Shown piece after piece: positions 9,337 through 17,618 of a DNA stretch of 64,000 bases. Both the position numbers and the translations under genes were made by a program. Source of the DNA: a virus (Duplodnaviria > Caudoviricetes); the IMG/VR virus record IMGVR_UViG_3300042010_000129, positions 160,001 through 224,000 of that record. One strand, given 5' to 3'. The notes beneath the pieces are model-generated. The model saw only the letters and a program-made list of their open reading frames with translations, did no database searches and had not been told where the DNA came from. Each line of letters opens with the position of its first letter. Position 1 is the stretch's first letter.

Positions 9337-9512
9337 TTGCGGCCCTTACGCTGCGCACGCAACGCTGCACGTTTCTTTTTGGAAGGCACGCACACTTTGC
9401 GTGGATCTTCTTTCCGGTCTTTCGGATTGCTGCGCAGGATCGGCCCTAGTTGTGTACCGAGGCGAATGCTGCGCGCAATCATGTCATCGACGAAATATCG
9501 GTCTGGCATCAT
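9333..9512 (-). CDS. 59-aa basic peptide (not in ORF track)
   Basis: Hand translation MMPDRYF...SKKKRAALRAQRKGRK; ATGA-coupled on both sides. Confidence 0.7.
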   Translation of the reverse strand: MMPDRYFVDDMIARSIRLGTQLGPILRSNPKDRKEDPRKVCVPSKKKRAALRAQRKGRK

Positions 9513-9751
9513 TTCTTTTTGGCTCGCGACTGCTTACGCATTTTCTTTTCGGTCTTACGCTTGGCTTTCTTTTTCTTCGCGGCTGCGATTTCGTGCGGCC
9601 AGATTGGATCGGTTGCGCGGCTCAGATAACCCGGATGCGGTTTACCCGGCGTGAGAAACAGCGTACCGGTATTTCCAGTCAGTCGGTCGAACACGGTCGG
9701 GTTTTCGTTGCGGTCACTCATTAGCGCGTTGCGCAATCCTTGATCCATCAT
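9509..9751 (-). CDS. Small protein with Lys/Arg-rich C-terminal tail
   Basis: Ends KKKKAKRKTEKKMRKQSRAKKK. Confidence 0.7.
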   Translation of the reverse strand: MMDQGLRNALMSDRNENPTVFDRLTGNTGTLFLTPGKPHPGYLSRATDPIWPHEIAAAKKKKAKRKTEKKMRKQSRAKKK

Positions 9752-10479
9752 TGCTGTGCCCTCGCTGGCGATTCATTCGATACAGGAATCGGGTGCGTAA
9801 TCATGTACACGTATGGCATGCGGTACGTCTTGCCGTGCGTGCGGATCGAAACTTGATTCGGTAAAAGGCTGCTGACAAAACCCTGACGAATATTCATACC
9901 GAAAACACTTTTGCACGAACGCCCGTTAATGATGATCGCCAGTTCTACGGGATCACCAATGTGCAGTTCGTTGTCGATTTCTGTTGAGAAATGCGGTTGC
10001 CGACAGAGAATCGAAAATAACAGTTTCAGGAACGTGGCGTTCGGACTGAAATAAATATCGTTCTGCACGTCGTGCCACATGCAAAGCGAACGGTGTTCTT
10101 CCATTGGCCGGATCAACGACGTTTTGCCGTCGAATACATCCTGAAGTCCGGCGCTAATTCCTTCAGGGCCACCGAGGCGTTCGAGCCTATCGGTCGCTAC
10201 AAGCGCGTACAGGCGTTTTCCCTGTACGAACAGCGTTTGATATTCGGGTTGCTCGCCTACTTGCGACAAACGCGTTGTAGGACGGCAGGAAAGGATAACG
10301 AGCGAGTAAGGAACACCCTCAAGCAGTTCACGGCGCACGCGGTATTCGCTTTGTGGATATGCGCCGAAAAACTCCGGTGCCGCCATATCCTCATAGCTGA
10401 CAATTTCCTCGACGCTTTGACCGCGATGGAGTTCGGAGTAGCGGAAGCCAACACGATGCAGCAATTTAGGTTTGTACAT
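9748..10479 (-). CDS. Hypothetical protein
   Basis: 243-aa ORF, AAGGA SD. Confidence 0.7.
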   Translation of the reverse strand: MYKPKLLHRVGFRYSELHRGQSVEEIVSYEDMAAPEFFGAYPQSEYRVRRELLEGVPYSLVILSCRPTTRLSQVGEQPEYQTLFVQGKRLYALVATDRLERLGGPEGISAGLQDVFDGKTSLIRPMEEHRSLCMWHDVQNDIYFSPNATFLKLLFSILCRQPHFSTEIDNELHIGDPVELAIIINGRSCKSVFGMNIRQGFVSSLLPNQVSIRTHGKTYRMPYVYMITHPIPVSNESPARAQQ

Positions 10480-10514
10480 TTTTGTATTCCTTGTTCAAGG
10501 GCCGGTATTACGGA

Positions 10515-10886
10515 TTATTTTTTGTAGGGCGATTTTGCGCTCAACTTTACAGCGCCGTCCGGGTACATGGATGTACCTTCGGGAAGTGTTGCACCACCAC
10601 GCGGCCCGCCACGCTGATTGTTCAATTCCTGCTGAATAATTGCAGCAGCATTAAACGACGGATCGGGATGCGTGATGTAACCCATGAAACGTTCCACGGC
10701 TACGGGCGGAATCGAGCCGTAGTAATCGACCTGATTCACCGCACGGAAAATTTCCTGCACGGTGCGGGCCAGATGCTGGTCACGCAATTTAATTTTGCGC
10801 AGCAGTCGGAGAATGTAGAACTGCCCACACGCCAAAGCGAGCAACACACATGCCCAGCCAACAGCCATCCAATTTACTGTTTCCAT
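10515..10886 (-). CDS. Single-pass membrane protein
   Basis: N-terminal hydrophobic helix WMAVGWACVLLALACGQFYIL. Confidence 0.7.
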   Translation of the reverse strand: METVNWMAVGWACVLLALACGQFYILRLLRKIKLRDQHLARTVQEIFRAVNQVDYYGSIPPVAVERFMGYITHPDPSFNAAAIIQQELNNQRGGPRGGATLPEGTSMYPDGAVKLSAKSPYKK

Positions 10887-10909
10887 CTTTCATTGTCCCT
10901 AAAGTAAGT

Positions 10910-10932
10910 GGGCCACTCGAAAAGAATGGCCC
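10910..10932 (-). terminator. Possible intrinsic terminator/stem-loop
   Basis: gggcca-N11-tggccc inverted repeat just after the stop of the upstream gene; U-tract weak. Confidence 0.35.
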
Positions 10933-10941
10933 TTGTGGAAA

Positions 10942-11904
10942 TTAAGTCAGCGATGCGCTACGGCCTGCCGCACGTTTTGCAGAAATAGGCATTTCGTCGC
11001 CCATCAAAATAAAACGCGAATTGCAGCGGGATTCAACAGCATCACCGATAAGGTCACTGACGTATTCCGTCATGAACCCAACGGTGCGGCGTTTGACCAC
11101 CATGTTTTCCAAGGAACGCGCAAGAAAGCTGCGCGTAATACCTTTGATGTGGATCAGGTCGTCGTCTTCCGCTGGAAATGCTTCTTCGTTACTCACGCGA
11201 CCCACGCGTACAGGGCAACCCGTCGCACGGCAGATCAAATCTTCCAGTTCCAACACTTTGATGGAAACGCCGGATACGGAAACGTCGGAATCCTCTTTTT
11301 CCTGTTCGTGCAGCTTGCGGTATTTCACCCGGTCGTAATCCGGGGCGCAGGCGTATTCGTGTTCGTCGTAGCAGACCTTTACGCCTTGCTCAGGAATGCA
11401 GCGCGCTACAAATGCCAGCACATCAAGAAGGTCGTTGTCCTCTTCCGCCAAATTGATCATGGCGCCAGCGAACCACAACAGACTGCCACGCAGGACAAGC
11501 GTTTTCTTCGAACTGGATTTGCGCAGGATTTGAATTTTGAAGCCGGTCGCCTCGAACACCAGACTTTCGATTACGACGATTTGCTGAATTGAATGATCGT
11601 CAACTTTCAATTCAGCCAAACTACGCTGGTCGCTACGGCTGATTTTTTCAGCAGCCGTTTTTGCAAAATCCGGAATGTCTTGTTGTTCTTCCAACCACAA
11701 ACCGACCTGACGCAGACGGTCAATTTGATCCAGCCAGATTTCTTGCGCGTCTTCGTCGTGCCCGTCCATATCGACGTTTTTGCAATCGTACAGCACGCCG
11801 TTCCGCGTAACGTTATGCAATGCCTTCGCAAACCGGGAAGGCCCCAACGTGGAAACCACGTTAGCTAATACGCTCTCTGCTAAATCCATAGACTTACGTC
11901 CCAT
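10942..11904 (-). CDS. Hypothetical acidic protein, first gene after a sigma70 promoter
   Basis: Start re-set to MGRKS (11904) after GAGGAAG SD. Confidence 0.75.
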   Translation of the reverse strand: MGRKSMDLAESVLANVVSTLGPSRFAKALHNVTRNGVLYDCKNVDMDGHDEDAQEIWLDQIDRLRQVGLWLEEQQDIPDFAKTAAEKISRSDQRSLAELKVDDHSIQQIVVIESLVFEATGFKIQILRKSSSKKTLVLRGSLLWFAGAMINLAEEDNDLLDVLAFVARCIPEQGVKVCYDEHEYACAPDYDRVKYRKLHEQEKEDSDVSVSGVSIKVLELEDLICRATGCPVRVGRVSNEEAFPAEDDDLIHIKGITRSFLARSLENMVVKRRTVGFMTEYVSDLIGDAVESRCNSRFILMGDEMPISAKRAAGRSASLT

Positions 11905-11907
11905 GCT

Positions 11908-11993
11908 CAAACTTCCTCTAATGCGTGAGTGCTTTTGTTTCGGGCACACAATGGGCCAGCCGCCACACTACCATTCGTCGGCCCATGGGTCAA
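11908..11993 (-). promoter_or_regulatory. sigma70 promoter plus 22-nt leader box
   Basis: TTGACC(11993-11988)-17 nt-TAGTGT(11970-11965); leader box 11910-11931; atgggcc/ggcccat inverted repeat flanks the -10. Confidence 0.75.
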
Positions 11994-12005
11994 GGTTGTG
12001 AGGCC

Positions 12006-12302
12006 CTAGAGCGCGTAGCACTGCCGAACGGCGGGCACCGGGCCATCGGTGGTTACACGGACGGTTGCGCCCTTCTTGTCGTAGTACCGGGTAACGCTGT
12101 TGCCTGCCTTTGCCAGTTCGATCAACGCAAGGCGCAAACCATTTGCCCAAATGCTTAACGACCATCCGCATTCGATTTCAACCACGGACGAAATATAACC
12201 GCGCTGCTTTGCCAATTGCTGCGCGTTACGAATCTGGTTGAAAATAATGTCTACGTCTTGTTTCGTCTGCCGTGACTTTGGCGGCATCTTCACTTTTGCC
12301 AT
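12006..12302 (-). CDS. Hypothetical protein
   Basis: GAGGAAGTGAAAG RBS before ATG. Confidence 0.7.
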   Translation of the reverse strand: MAKVKMPPKSRQTKQDVDIIFNQIRNAQQLAKQRGYISSVVEIECGWSLSIWANGLRLALIELAKAGNSVTRYYDKKGATVRVTTDGPVPAVRQCYAL

Positions 12303-12696
12303 CTTTCACTTCCTCAGTTTTACGCATGAACAGAATCAGGTCAGCGGGAATATCGTCCGGCGCATGAATTGGATAACTTTTAATGTCATCACCTAATGCA
12401 CTCAGGCTAACACATTGACCATCCCCAACTACTTCGATTGCGGTGTAAATAAAACGGTCTTTGGTTTGGCTCACAATTGCAATATCGCCCCCGGTGCCCA
12501 TAACCAGACTCGGACGATTTACACCACGGTCGCGAAGGTACTGCAAAACCTGCAATGCCTCGGCAACGATTTTGTGATTTGTCGGTTCGCCTTCGCCACA
12601 GCACCAACCCGGTTCCGAGGTCAGAAATAATTCCAGACGCTCGAACTGGTATTCACTTAGCGAAAAAGTCCGGGGCCTTGAGAGTTTCGATTTCAT
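12226..12696 (-). CDS. Hypothetical protein
   Basis: 156-aa ORF overlapping both neighbours. Confidence 0.6.
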   Translation of the reverse strand: MKSKLSRPRTFSLSEYQFERLELFLTSEPGWCCGEGEPTNHKIVAEALQVLQYLRDRGVNRPSLVMGTGGDIAIVSQTKDRFIYTAIEVVGDGQCVSLSALGDDIKSYPIHAPDDIPADLILFMRKTEEVKDGKSEDAAKVTADETRRRHYFQPDS

Positions 12697-12964
12697 CTTG
12701 CAGTTCCCGAATGTAGGCGTTCTTTTCAGTCAGCGTGTTCTGCAATTGCAAAGCGTGCTGGCGCTGGCGGGCGTAACGTTCTTTCCACACGCGCACCATG
12801 CGCACATAGCGATTGTTCAACGCCGTCCACATGAAATCCGGAACCGGAACGCCGATATAATTCGCACGTTTCACAATTGCTTTGATGGAATGACGCTTGC
12901 CTTTGTAACCGGTGTCAGTGACGACAGGTTTATTGGCGTCCGGGTGATTCTTGTAATCAATCAT
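12653..12964 (-). CDS. Hypothetical protein with C-terminal coiled coil
   Basis: ATGA-coupled; heptad-like C-terminus. Confidence 0.65.
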   Translation of the reverse strand: MIDYKNHPDANKPVVTDTGYKGKRHSIKAIVKRANYIGVPVPDFMWTALNNRYVRMVRVWKERYARQRQHALQLQNTLTEKNAYIRELQDEIETLKAPDFFAK

Positions 12965-13731
12965 GGTTTGGTATTCCGCATAAGGTCAGAGAAAGCCATG
13001 TTCAAAACGCCGCGATGTTCATCCTGCTTGTGTGTAACCAGCTTCGGATAATCCAGCGAGTACAGAAGGTCGATACACCACTGCGCGAATGCATTTTGTT
13101 TTTCGGTTGGTTCGTCTGCCGTGGCCCATGCAAACAAATCACGAATCACGCCCTGTTCCGACATTGCCGGAAGTTGCAGCGTCATGTACTGGTCGATGTT
13201 CACAGTAGGCAGCATCGGCCCGCGCTGATCGTTGTAGTCTTTCAACTGCAAACCGACGAACAAATAACGGAATGTTTGACGACGGCGTTTCGCTTCGTCG
13301 GTGTGCTTAACCGAACTCATGCTGCCGATGGTGGAACGGAACATTTCACGCGGATCGAAGCAGCGCTGACTGACCAGTTGGAAAATTTCACGGGTTTTGT
13401 CACTGCCGTAATAAACGAACGGCGAATTGATCGCTTCGTACCCGACCAGCACAGACTTTTGCAGCTTGCGCAGAAACTTCGCAATGCTGAAAACGCGCAC
13501 GTCACATTCCTGACCTTTGAACGTGATTTTCTGTGTGAAAGAATCACGCGGGTACTGGTAGATATCGTAGTTGATATCGTGGGCCACGACCGTGAAATCG
13601 TGGTCGGAATTTTCGGTATCGGTGCCCCACGCTTTGCTGCCAGTTTCAGCAACAAAAACCAGATGCAAACCGAGGCCGCGCAAGGTATCCAGAAGCTGAT
13701 AACGCTCTTCGGAATTTAAACGTGTTTTCAT
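12961..13731 (-). CDS. Pol-beta superfamily nucleotidyltransferase (PF10127/YcgL/RlaP-like)
   Basis: ETGSKAWGTDTENSDHD = GS-x-DxD motif; CDVRVF third acidic strand; KFLRKL...GYEAINSPFVY pattern of this family. Confidence 0.8.
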   Translation of the reverse strand: MKTRLNSEERYQLLDTLRGLGLHLVFVAETGSKAWGTDTENSDHDFTVVAHDINYDIYQYPRDSFTQKITFKGQECDVRVFSIAKFLRKLQKSVLVGYEAINSPFVYYGSDKTREIFQLVSQRCFDPREMFRSTIGSMSSVKHTDEAKRRRQTFRYLFVGLQLKDYNDQRGPMLPTVNIDQYMTLQLPAMSEQGVIRDLFAWATADEPTEKQNAFAQWCIDLLYSLDYPKLVTHKQDEHRGVLNMAFSDLMRNTKP

Positions 13732-14238
13732 TTATTCCTCTTTCGGCTTCGCGGCGGTCAGCGTGAGTTTCGGATACGCCTCATGCAAAGCGATGTAGGC
13801 CGTTTCGTGCTGTTCTTTGTTGACGCGGGCACCAAAGCGATTTTTGATGCTGGTCAGATTACCGGCGTCGTCTTTGATGAAAATGGATTCGGCGGGTTCC
13901 TGATAAGCTTTCGGCAAATTGTCGCAGATCACTTTCAGGCAAGTCCAGCCGTTTACCTTGAACGCACTTTTCGCCAGATGCGCAATGTACTGGTCGATTT
14001 GTGCCTGCGTGATAATTACAGCCGGTGAATTCTTCGCGGCCTGTTCTGCAACCACGCGCAGACATGCAGGAACCGGGTACAACAGAACGTAAGTATTCAT
14101 CACAATTACCTCTTCAACTTTTCGATATGGTTCATCGACGACGATCCAGCCGAACCACCGTTTGGAAATGGTGGCCGTGCCGCCCGCCGCGTTGTTGCGT
14201 TGCATTTCACGCACAGCACTTTCGTAGGAGAAAAACAT
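13732..14238 (-). CDS. Hypothetical protein
   Basis: 168-aa abutting ORF. Confidence 0.65.
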   Translation of the reverse strand: MFFSYESAVREMQRNNAAGGTATISKRWFGWIVVDEPYRKVEEVIVMNTYVLLYPVPACLRVVAEQAAKNSPAVIITQAQIDQYIAHLAKSAFKVNGWTCLKVICDNLPKAYQEPAESIFIKDDAGNLTSIKNRFGARVNKEQHETAYIALHEAYPKLTLTAAKPKEE

Positions 14239-15051
14239 TTATTCACCGTCGAGGTTGAAGAACTCCAACATCTGCTCCAAAGAACCGTGGAATTTTTGTT
14301 TCTCGCCACCGCCCAGCAGAACGTAATAGGCCATCATCTGGTCGTGGGGTTCGCCCATAGGCCACAGGTCGATAACACCGTGAATATTTACAGCTTTTGC
14401 CACGCCGTCAACGTTGATCACCGCGCACTGAACTTTTGCCAGTTTGCGAAGCATCGGATGGTCTTTGTGGATGCCGAAAAGATTGCTGGCGCTGAACGAA
14501 TAAACGCCGTCGTAATCGCCGTAGTATTTCGAGGAAGAATCCACGATGAACAAATGCGCTACGCGTCCGTCAGCGTTGAGGGTAGGCCCGCGATAACGCA
14601 GCAGCATTCCCTCTTCGAAATCTGCCGATTCACCGGTCGCCAAATCGAAGCCGACAATTTCGTGACCAACGATGCACAATTGATTGTGTGCTTTGGAAAC
14701 CATCACACCGCAACTATGCGAAAAGTTTTGCAGCACGTTGCGAATCATTTCCGCGTCGTCAGTTGGCACCGAATCGAAATTCAACATCGACGCCATCAGC
14801 ACCAGTTCGTCGGCCTGACCACGGGTGTGAATGTTGAGCGATTCTGAATGGCCCCAGCACTTCACCGGAACGCCAGAAGAACAGAAACCGGCACCTACCA
14901 CTTTCACGTCGTCGAAGCCCGTTTCGAACGTCATGGAAATGCAGACCTGCATATGTTCCGCAACGTCGGCGTGAGTCAGCTGCTCATGGTGCATCAGACC
15001 GATTTCGAATTGCATGTCACCTTTCGTGACTTGGAAGATTTCGTATTTCAT
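14239..15051 (-). CDS. Hypothetical protein (probably two domains)
   Basis: Start re-set to MKYEIF (15051), ATGA overlap. Confidence 0.7.
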   Translation of the reverse strand: MKYEIFQVTKGDMQFEIGLMHHEQLTHADVAEHMQVCISMTFETGFDDVKVVGAGFCSSGVPVKCWGHSESLNIHTRGQADELVLMASMLNFDSVPTDDAEMIRNVLQNFSHSCGVMVSKAHNQLCIVGHEIVGFDLATGESADFEEGMLLRYRGPTLNADGRVAHLFIVDSSSKYYGDYDGVYSFSASNLFGIHKDHPMLRKLAKVQCAVINVDGVAKAVNIHGVIDLWPMGEPHDQMMAYYVLLGGGEKQKFHGSLEQMLEFFNLDGE

Positions 15052-15296
15052 TTTCCATTTCTCCGGAAAACCCAGTCGCCTAGTGGGCGGTAGAAAAGAG
15101 GCAGGGCCATAATCAAGATCCACACCATTTGCCACAGCATCAGGTAGGAGAAAATCATTCCGCTTTTACCCAGCGTACCGGCCAGCGCATCGCAGACAAA
15201 CCAATATGAGGCCGGGACTGCGTAAAGCGTTGCGAGAATGATCAACCACCACGCTTTACGCGGAGTGCTTTTGAGATAATTCAGTAGACGTTTCAC
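15048..15296 (-). CDS. Small two-TM membrane protein
   Basis: Two hydrophobic segments. Confidence 0.65.
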   Translation of the reverse strand: MKRLLNYLKSTPRKAWWLIILATLYAVPASYWFVCDALAGTLGKSGMIFSYLMLWQMVWILIMALPLFYRPLGDWVFRRNGK

Positions 15297-15502
15297 AGTC
15301 TTTGAATCCAGTCGAAAACATCACTGCCGATGGCAGCGTACAGCATGCACCAGCAATAGATCAGGGCAGACATTGCGGCGATGCGCCCGTGAGGAATATT
15401 CGGTCGCGGCCACCACATGGCCCAAACAAACAGGTAGGTGAAAATGAGCGGAAGAAACATCCAGATAAACGTGTACACCTGTTTCAACAATTCCGGATTC
15501 AT
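15293..15502 (-). CDS. Small two-TM membrane protein
   Basis: Two hydrophobic segments; coupled ORF. Confidence 0.65.
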   Translation of the reverse strand: MNPELLKQVYTFIWMFLPLIFTYLFVWAMWWPRPNIPHGRIAAMSALIYCWCMLYAAIGSDVFDWIQRL

Positions 15503-16233
15503 TACCCAACCACCTTAACCATTTCCAGATCCAGCGTTACCGGCATTTCGTATGGCTTCGGCGTTTCCTCAACCTGCACCACGCAAATCATTTGATCCAC
15601 GAAAGAACGGTGCCAACCATCGTGGCCGATCATGCAGCAGATTTTACCTTCGAGTTTTCCGCGCAGTTTGATCGCGATAAATTCACGCGGGTTAATCACG
15701 TTGACGAACGCGATTTGCGCCGGGCGCATTTCAGGCTGGATCACGTGGGCCTGAAAGTATTTGAAACCGTATTTGAAAATCATACGGTCTTCAATGTAGT
15801 CGGGGAACAGATCGCCCCAGCGCCGGTGCAGTTCGGCTTCGACTTTGCCGCCGAGTTCTTTTACTTTTTCTTGTGCTGCATCGTAGTCTTTTACGAAGCC
15901 AACCACCATGTGACCAGAACGGCCCGGATCGAGGGATTCTTCCAGCGAACGGCGCAATGCGGTTTCGAAATTCTCGCGCATGATTTTCTGAACCATGTCG
16001 GCACCGGCCAACGTGTAGTAATCGTGTTCGATATCGCCGCCGTGAATGTACTGCGTAGCCATGTGAACGTTTTCGTTACCGTCAATATCCGTACCGAAAA
16101 AACGAACAACACCGAAGTCGCCTTCCTCGCCATCGACGTAAACATAATCGTCGTTGTTTGTGGTCAGGGTGTCGGCCCACTTCGCAACAGCTTCGTCCAG
16201 CATGTTGCCGTAATGCAAACGAACATTTGACAT
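15502..16233 (-). CDS. Hypothetical acidic protein
   Basis: Start re-set to MSNVR (AAGGA SD). Confidence 0.7.
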   Translation of the reverse strand: MSNVRLHYGNMLDEAVAKWADTLTTNNDDYVYVDGEEGDFGVVRFFGTDIDGNENVHMATQYIHGGDIEHDYYTLAGADMVQKIMRENFETALRRSLEESLDPGRSGHMVVGFVKDYDAAQEKVKELGGKVEAELHRRWGDLFPDYIEDRMIFKYGFKYFQAHVIQPEMRPAQIAFVNVINPREFIAIKLRGKLEGKICCMIGHDGWHRSFVDQMICVVQVEETPKPYEMPVTLDLEMVKVVG

Positions 16234-16244
16234 GGTGTAGTTCC

Positions 16245-16595
16245 TTAGTGCCAAGTGGATACGGCGAAGTATTGCAGTTTGTCTTCCAGCTGCTTTTGAT
16301 CAGCTTCAGACAGGCCGCGCTTTTTACCGTGTGCAATCAGTTCCGCTTTGACGGTTTCGACCAGTTTCACACGGGCTTTGAATTCGGGGTTACGTTTGCA
16401 ATCGTACACAAGGCCAACGCACATAAAGTTCGGGGAGAATTCGTATTTTTGTCCGCAATCAAATTCTACAGATTCGTTCCAGTGGCCGTTGCAATGCTGT
16501 GCCCACTTCCGGGTTTCTTTCACAGTGCCACAACCGCACAACGGGCAGCGGGTTACGTCAGTCAGACGTTTGATGCCAATCTGGAAATCAGTCAT
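16245..16595 (-). CDS. Zinc-ribbon phage protein
   Basis: CPLCGC ... HCNGH ... FDCG ... CVG ... CK. Confidence 0.7.
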   Translation of the reverse strand: MTDFQIGIKRLTDVTRCPLCGCGTVKETRKWAQHCNGHWNESVEFDCGQKYEFSPNFMCVGLVYDCKRNPEFKARVKLVETVKAELIAHGKKRGLSEADQKQLEDKLQYFAVSTWH

Positions 16596-16843
16596 GTGCT
16601 TTTCCTTGTACCTTTACGAAGTGGTTTCCGTTCCGGTTCCCACCGCTCTGTGATTTGTTCGCAGCACCGGGCAATTTGACCATCGGTGACGCCGGGGTTT
16701 TGCTCGCGCAGTTCCGTCCTGATAAATTTACCGGACGATTTAGGATACTGCCGCGTGAGGTTCACGATGCCTCGAATGATATCGAAATCATCGTACAAAT
16801 ATTCAGGCTCGAAATCTTCTTGAACAACCTTTGGTTTTTTCAT
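16592..16843 (-). CDS. Hypothetical protein
   Basis: Start re-set to MKKPK after GAGGAAG RBS. Confidence 0.65.
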   Translation of the reverse strand: MKKPKVVQEDFEPEYLYDDFDIIRGIVNLTRQYPKSSGKFIRTELREQNPGVTDGQIARCCEQITERWEPERKPLRKGTRKST

Positions 16844-16856
16844 CTTACACTTCCTC

Positions 16857-16883
16857 AAAAAGGGGAATCCCGTAGGACTCCCC
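16857..16883 (-). terminator. Rho-independent terminator
   Basis: mRNA GGGGAGUCC-UACG-GGAUUCCCC-UUUUU; UNCG tetraloop; the G-U pair fits the minus strand. Confidence 0.85.
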
Positions 16884-16891
16884 CGACCAGA

Positions 16892-17497
16892 TTATTGCGC
16901 TGGCTTTTTGCTCATGTCGTACAGGCCTTGATCTTTGCCGGTTTCGAACGAAGTCGCGGTACGCTCGTTCATCAACGGCGCGTATTTGTCCGGGCCATCG
17001 TTACAACCGATTTCCAGTTTGGCGGCGCCAGTAATACCGATCACGATATTATTCGGGAACACCGAACGATAGGTACACGCAGCGGTTTTGCGATCAGTCA
17101 TCATCTTTTCTTCGTGCGTGTACTTGTCACGACCTTGGTCGATCAGGTTCACGATTTTCATCGCCAGTTCTTGCGAAGCCGGGATATTGTTTTCACGCAG
17201 GAAAAGCACAGTCGCTTTCATACCTTCGGCACCGGAACGCAACTTGATTTGTTCGTTCACAGTTTTGCGGATGTTTTCGACGTTCATGTCTTGCACGCCG
17301 ATGGCTTCTTGCACCTTCTGGCTCAGGTTCGACAGAACGGCCTGACGGCTTTTGTTCGCACCGACGATACCGGCTTCCTGACGCACGACCGTGTTATTGA
17401 TGCTGACGACCCACAGGCCCAACGCAATAACGAGGCCGATAGCTACCATAGCGCCGACCGAGATAAAACCGCCTTGTTTCGATTTCATTATTTCCAT
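16892..17497 (-). CDS. LemA-like membrane-anchored protein with prepilin-like leader
   Basis: N-terminal TM followed by helical domain (LSNLSQKVQEAIGV...LIDQGRDKY), LemA-like; begins MKSKQGG|FISV. Confidence 0.6.
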   Translation of the reverse strand: MEIMKSKQGGFISVGAMVAIGLVIALGLWVVSINNTVVRQEAGIVGANKSRQAVLSNLSQKVQEAIGVQDMNVENIRKTVNEQIKLRSGAEGMKATVLFLRENNIPASQELAMKIVNLIDQGRDKYTHEEKMMTDRKTAACTYRSVFPNNIVIGITGAAKLEIGCNDGPDKYAPLMNERTATSFETGKDQGLYDMSKKPAQ

Positions 17498-17502
17498 TTT
17501 CC

Positions 17503-17607
17503 TTAGTTGGTACAGCTTTTGAGGGCAAACAACGCAACACCGACAATCAGCACAACGATCAGAAGTTCGATCAGCGTGAAGCCCTTAGATTTCTTTGGAG
17601 ATTTCAT
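17503..17607 (-). CDS. 34-aa minimal type IV prepilin-like peptide (not in ORF track)
   Basis: MKSPKKSKG|FTLIELLIVVLIVGVALFALKSCTN; canonical class III signal G|F-x3-E; GGGA SD; its stop TAA forms part of the next gene's SD (TAAGGA). Confidence 0.85.
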   Translation of the reverse strand: MKSPKKSKGFTLIELLIVVLIVGVALFALKSCTN

Positions 17608-17618
17608 ATTGGTTCCCG

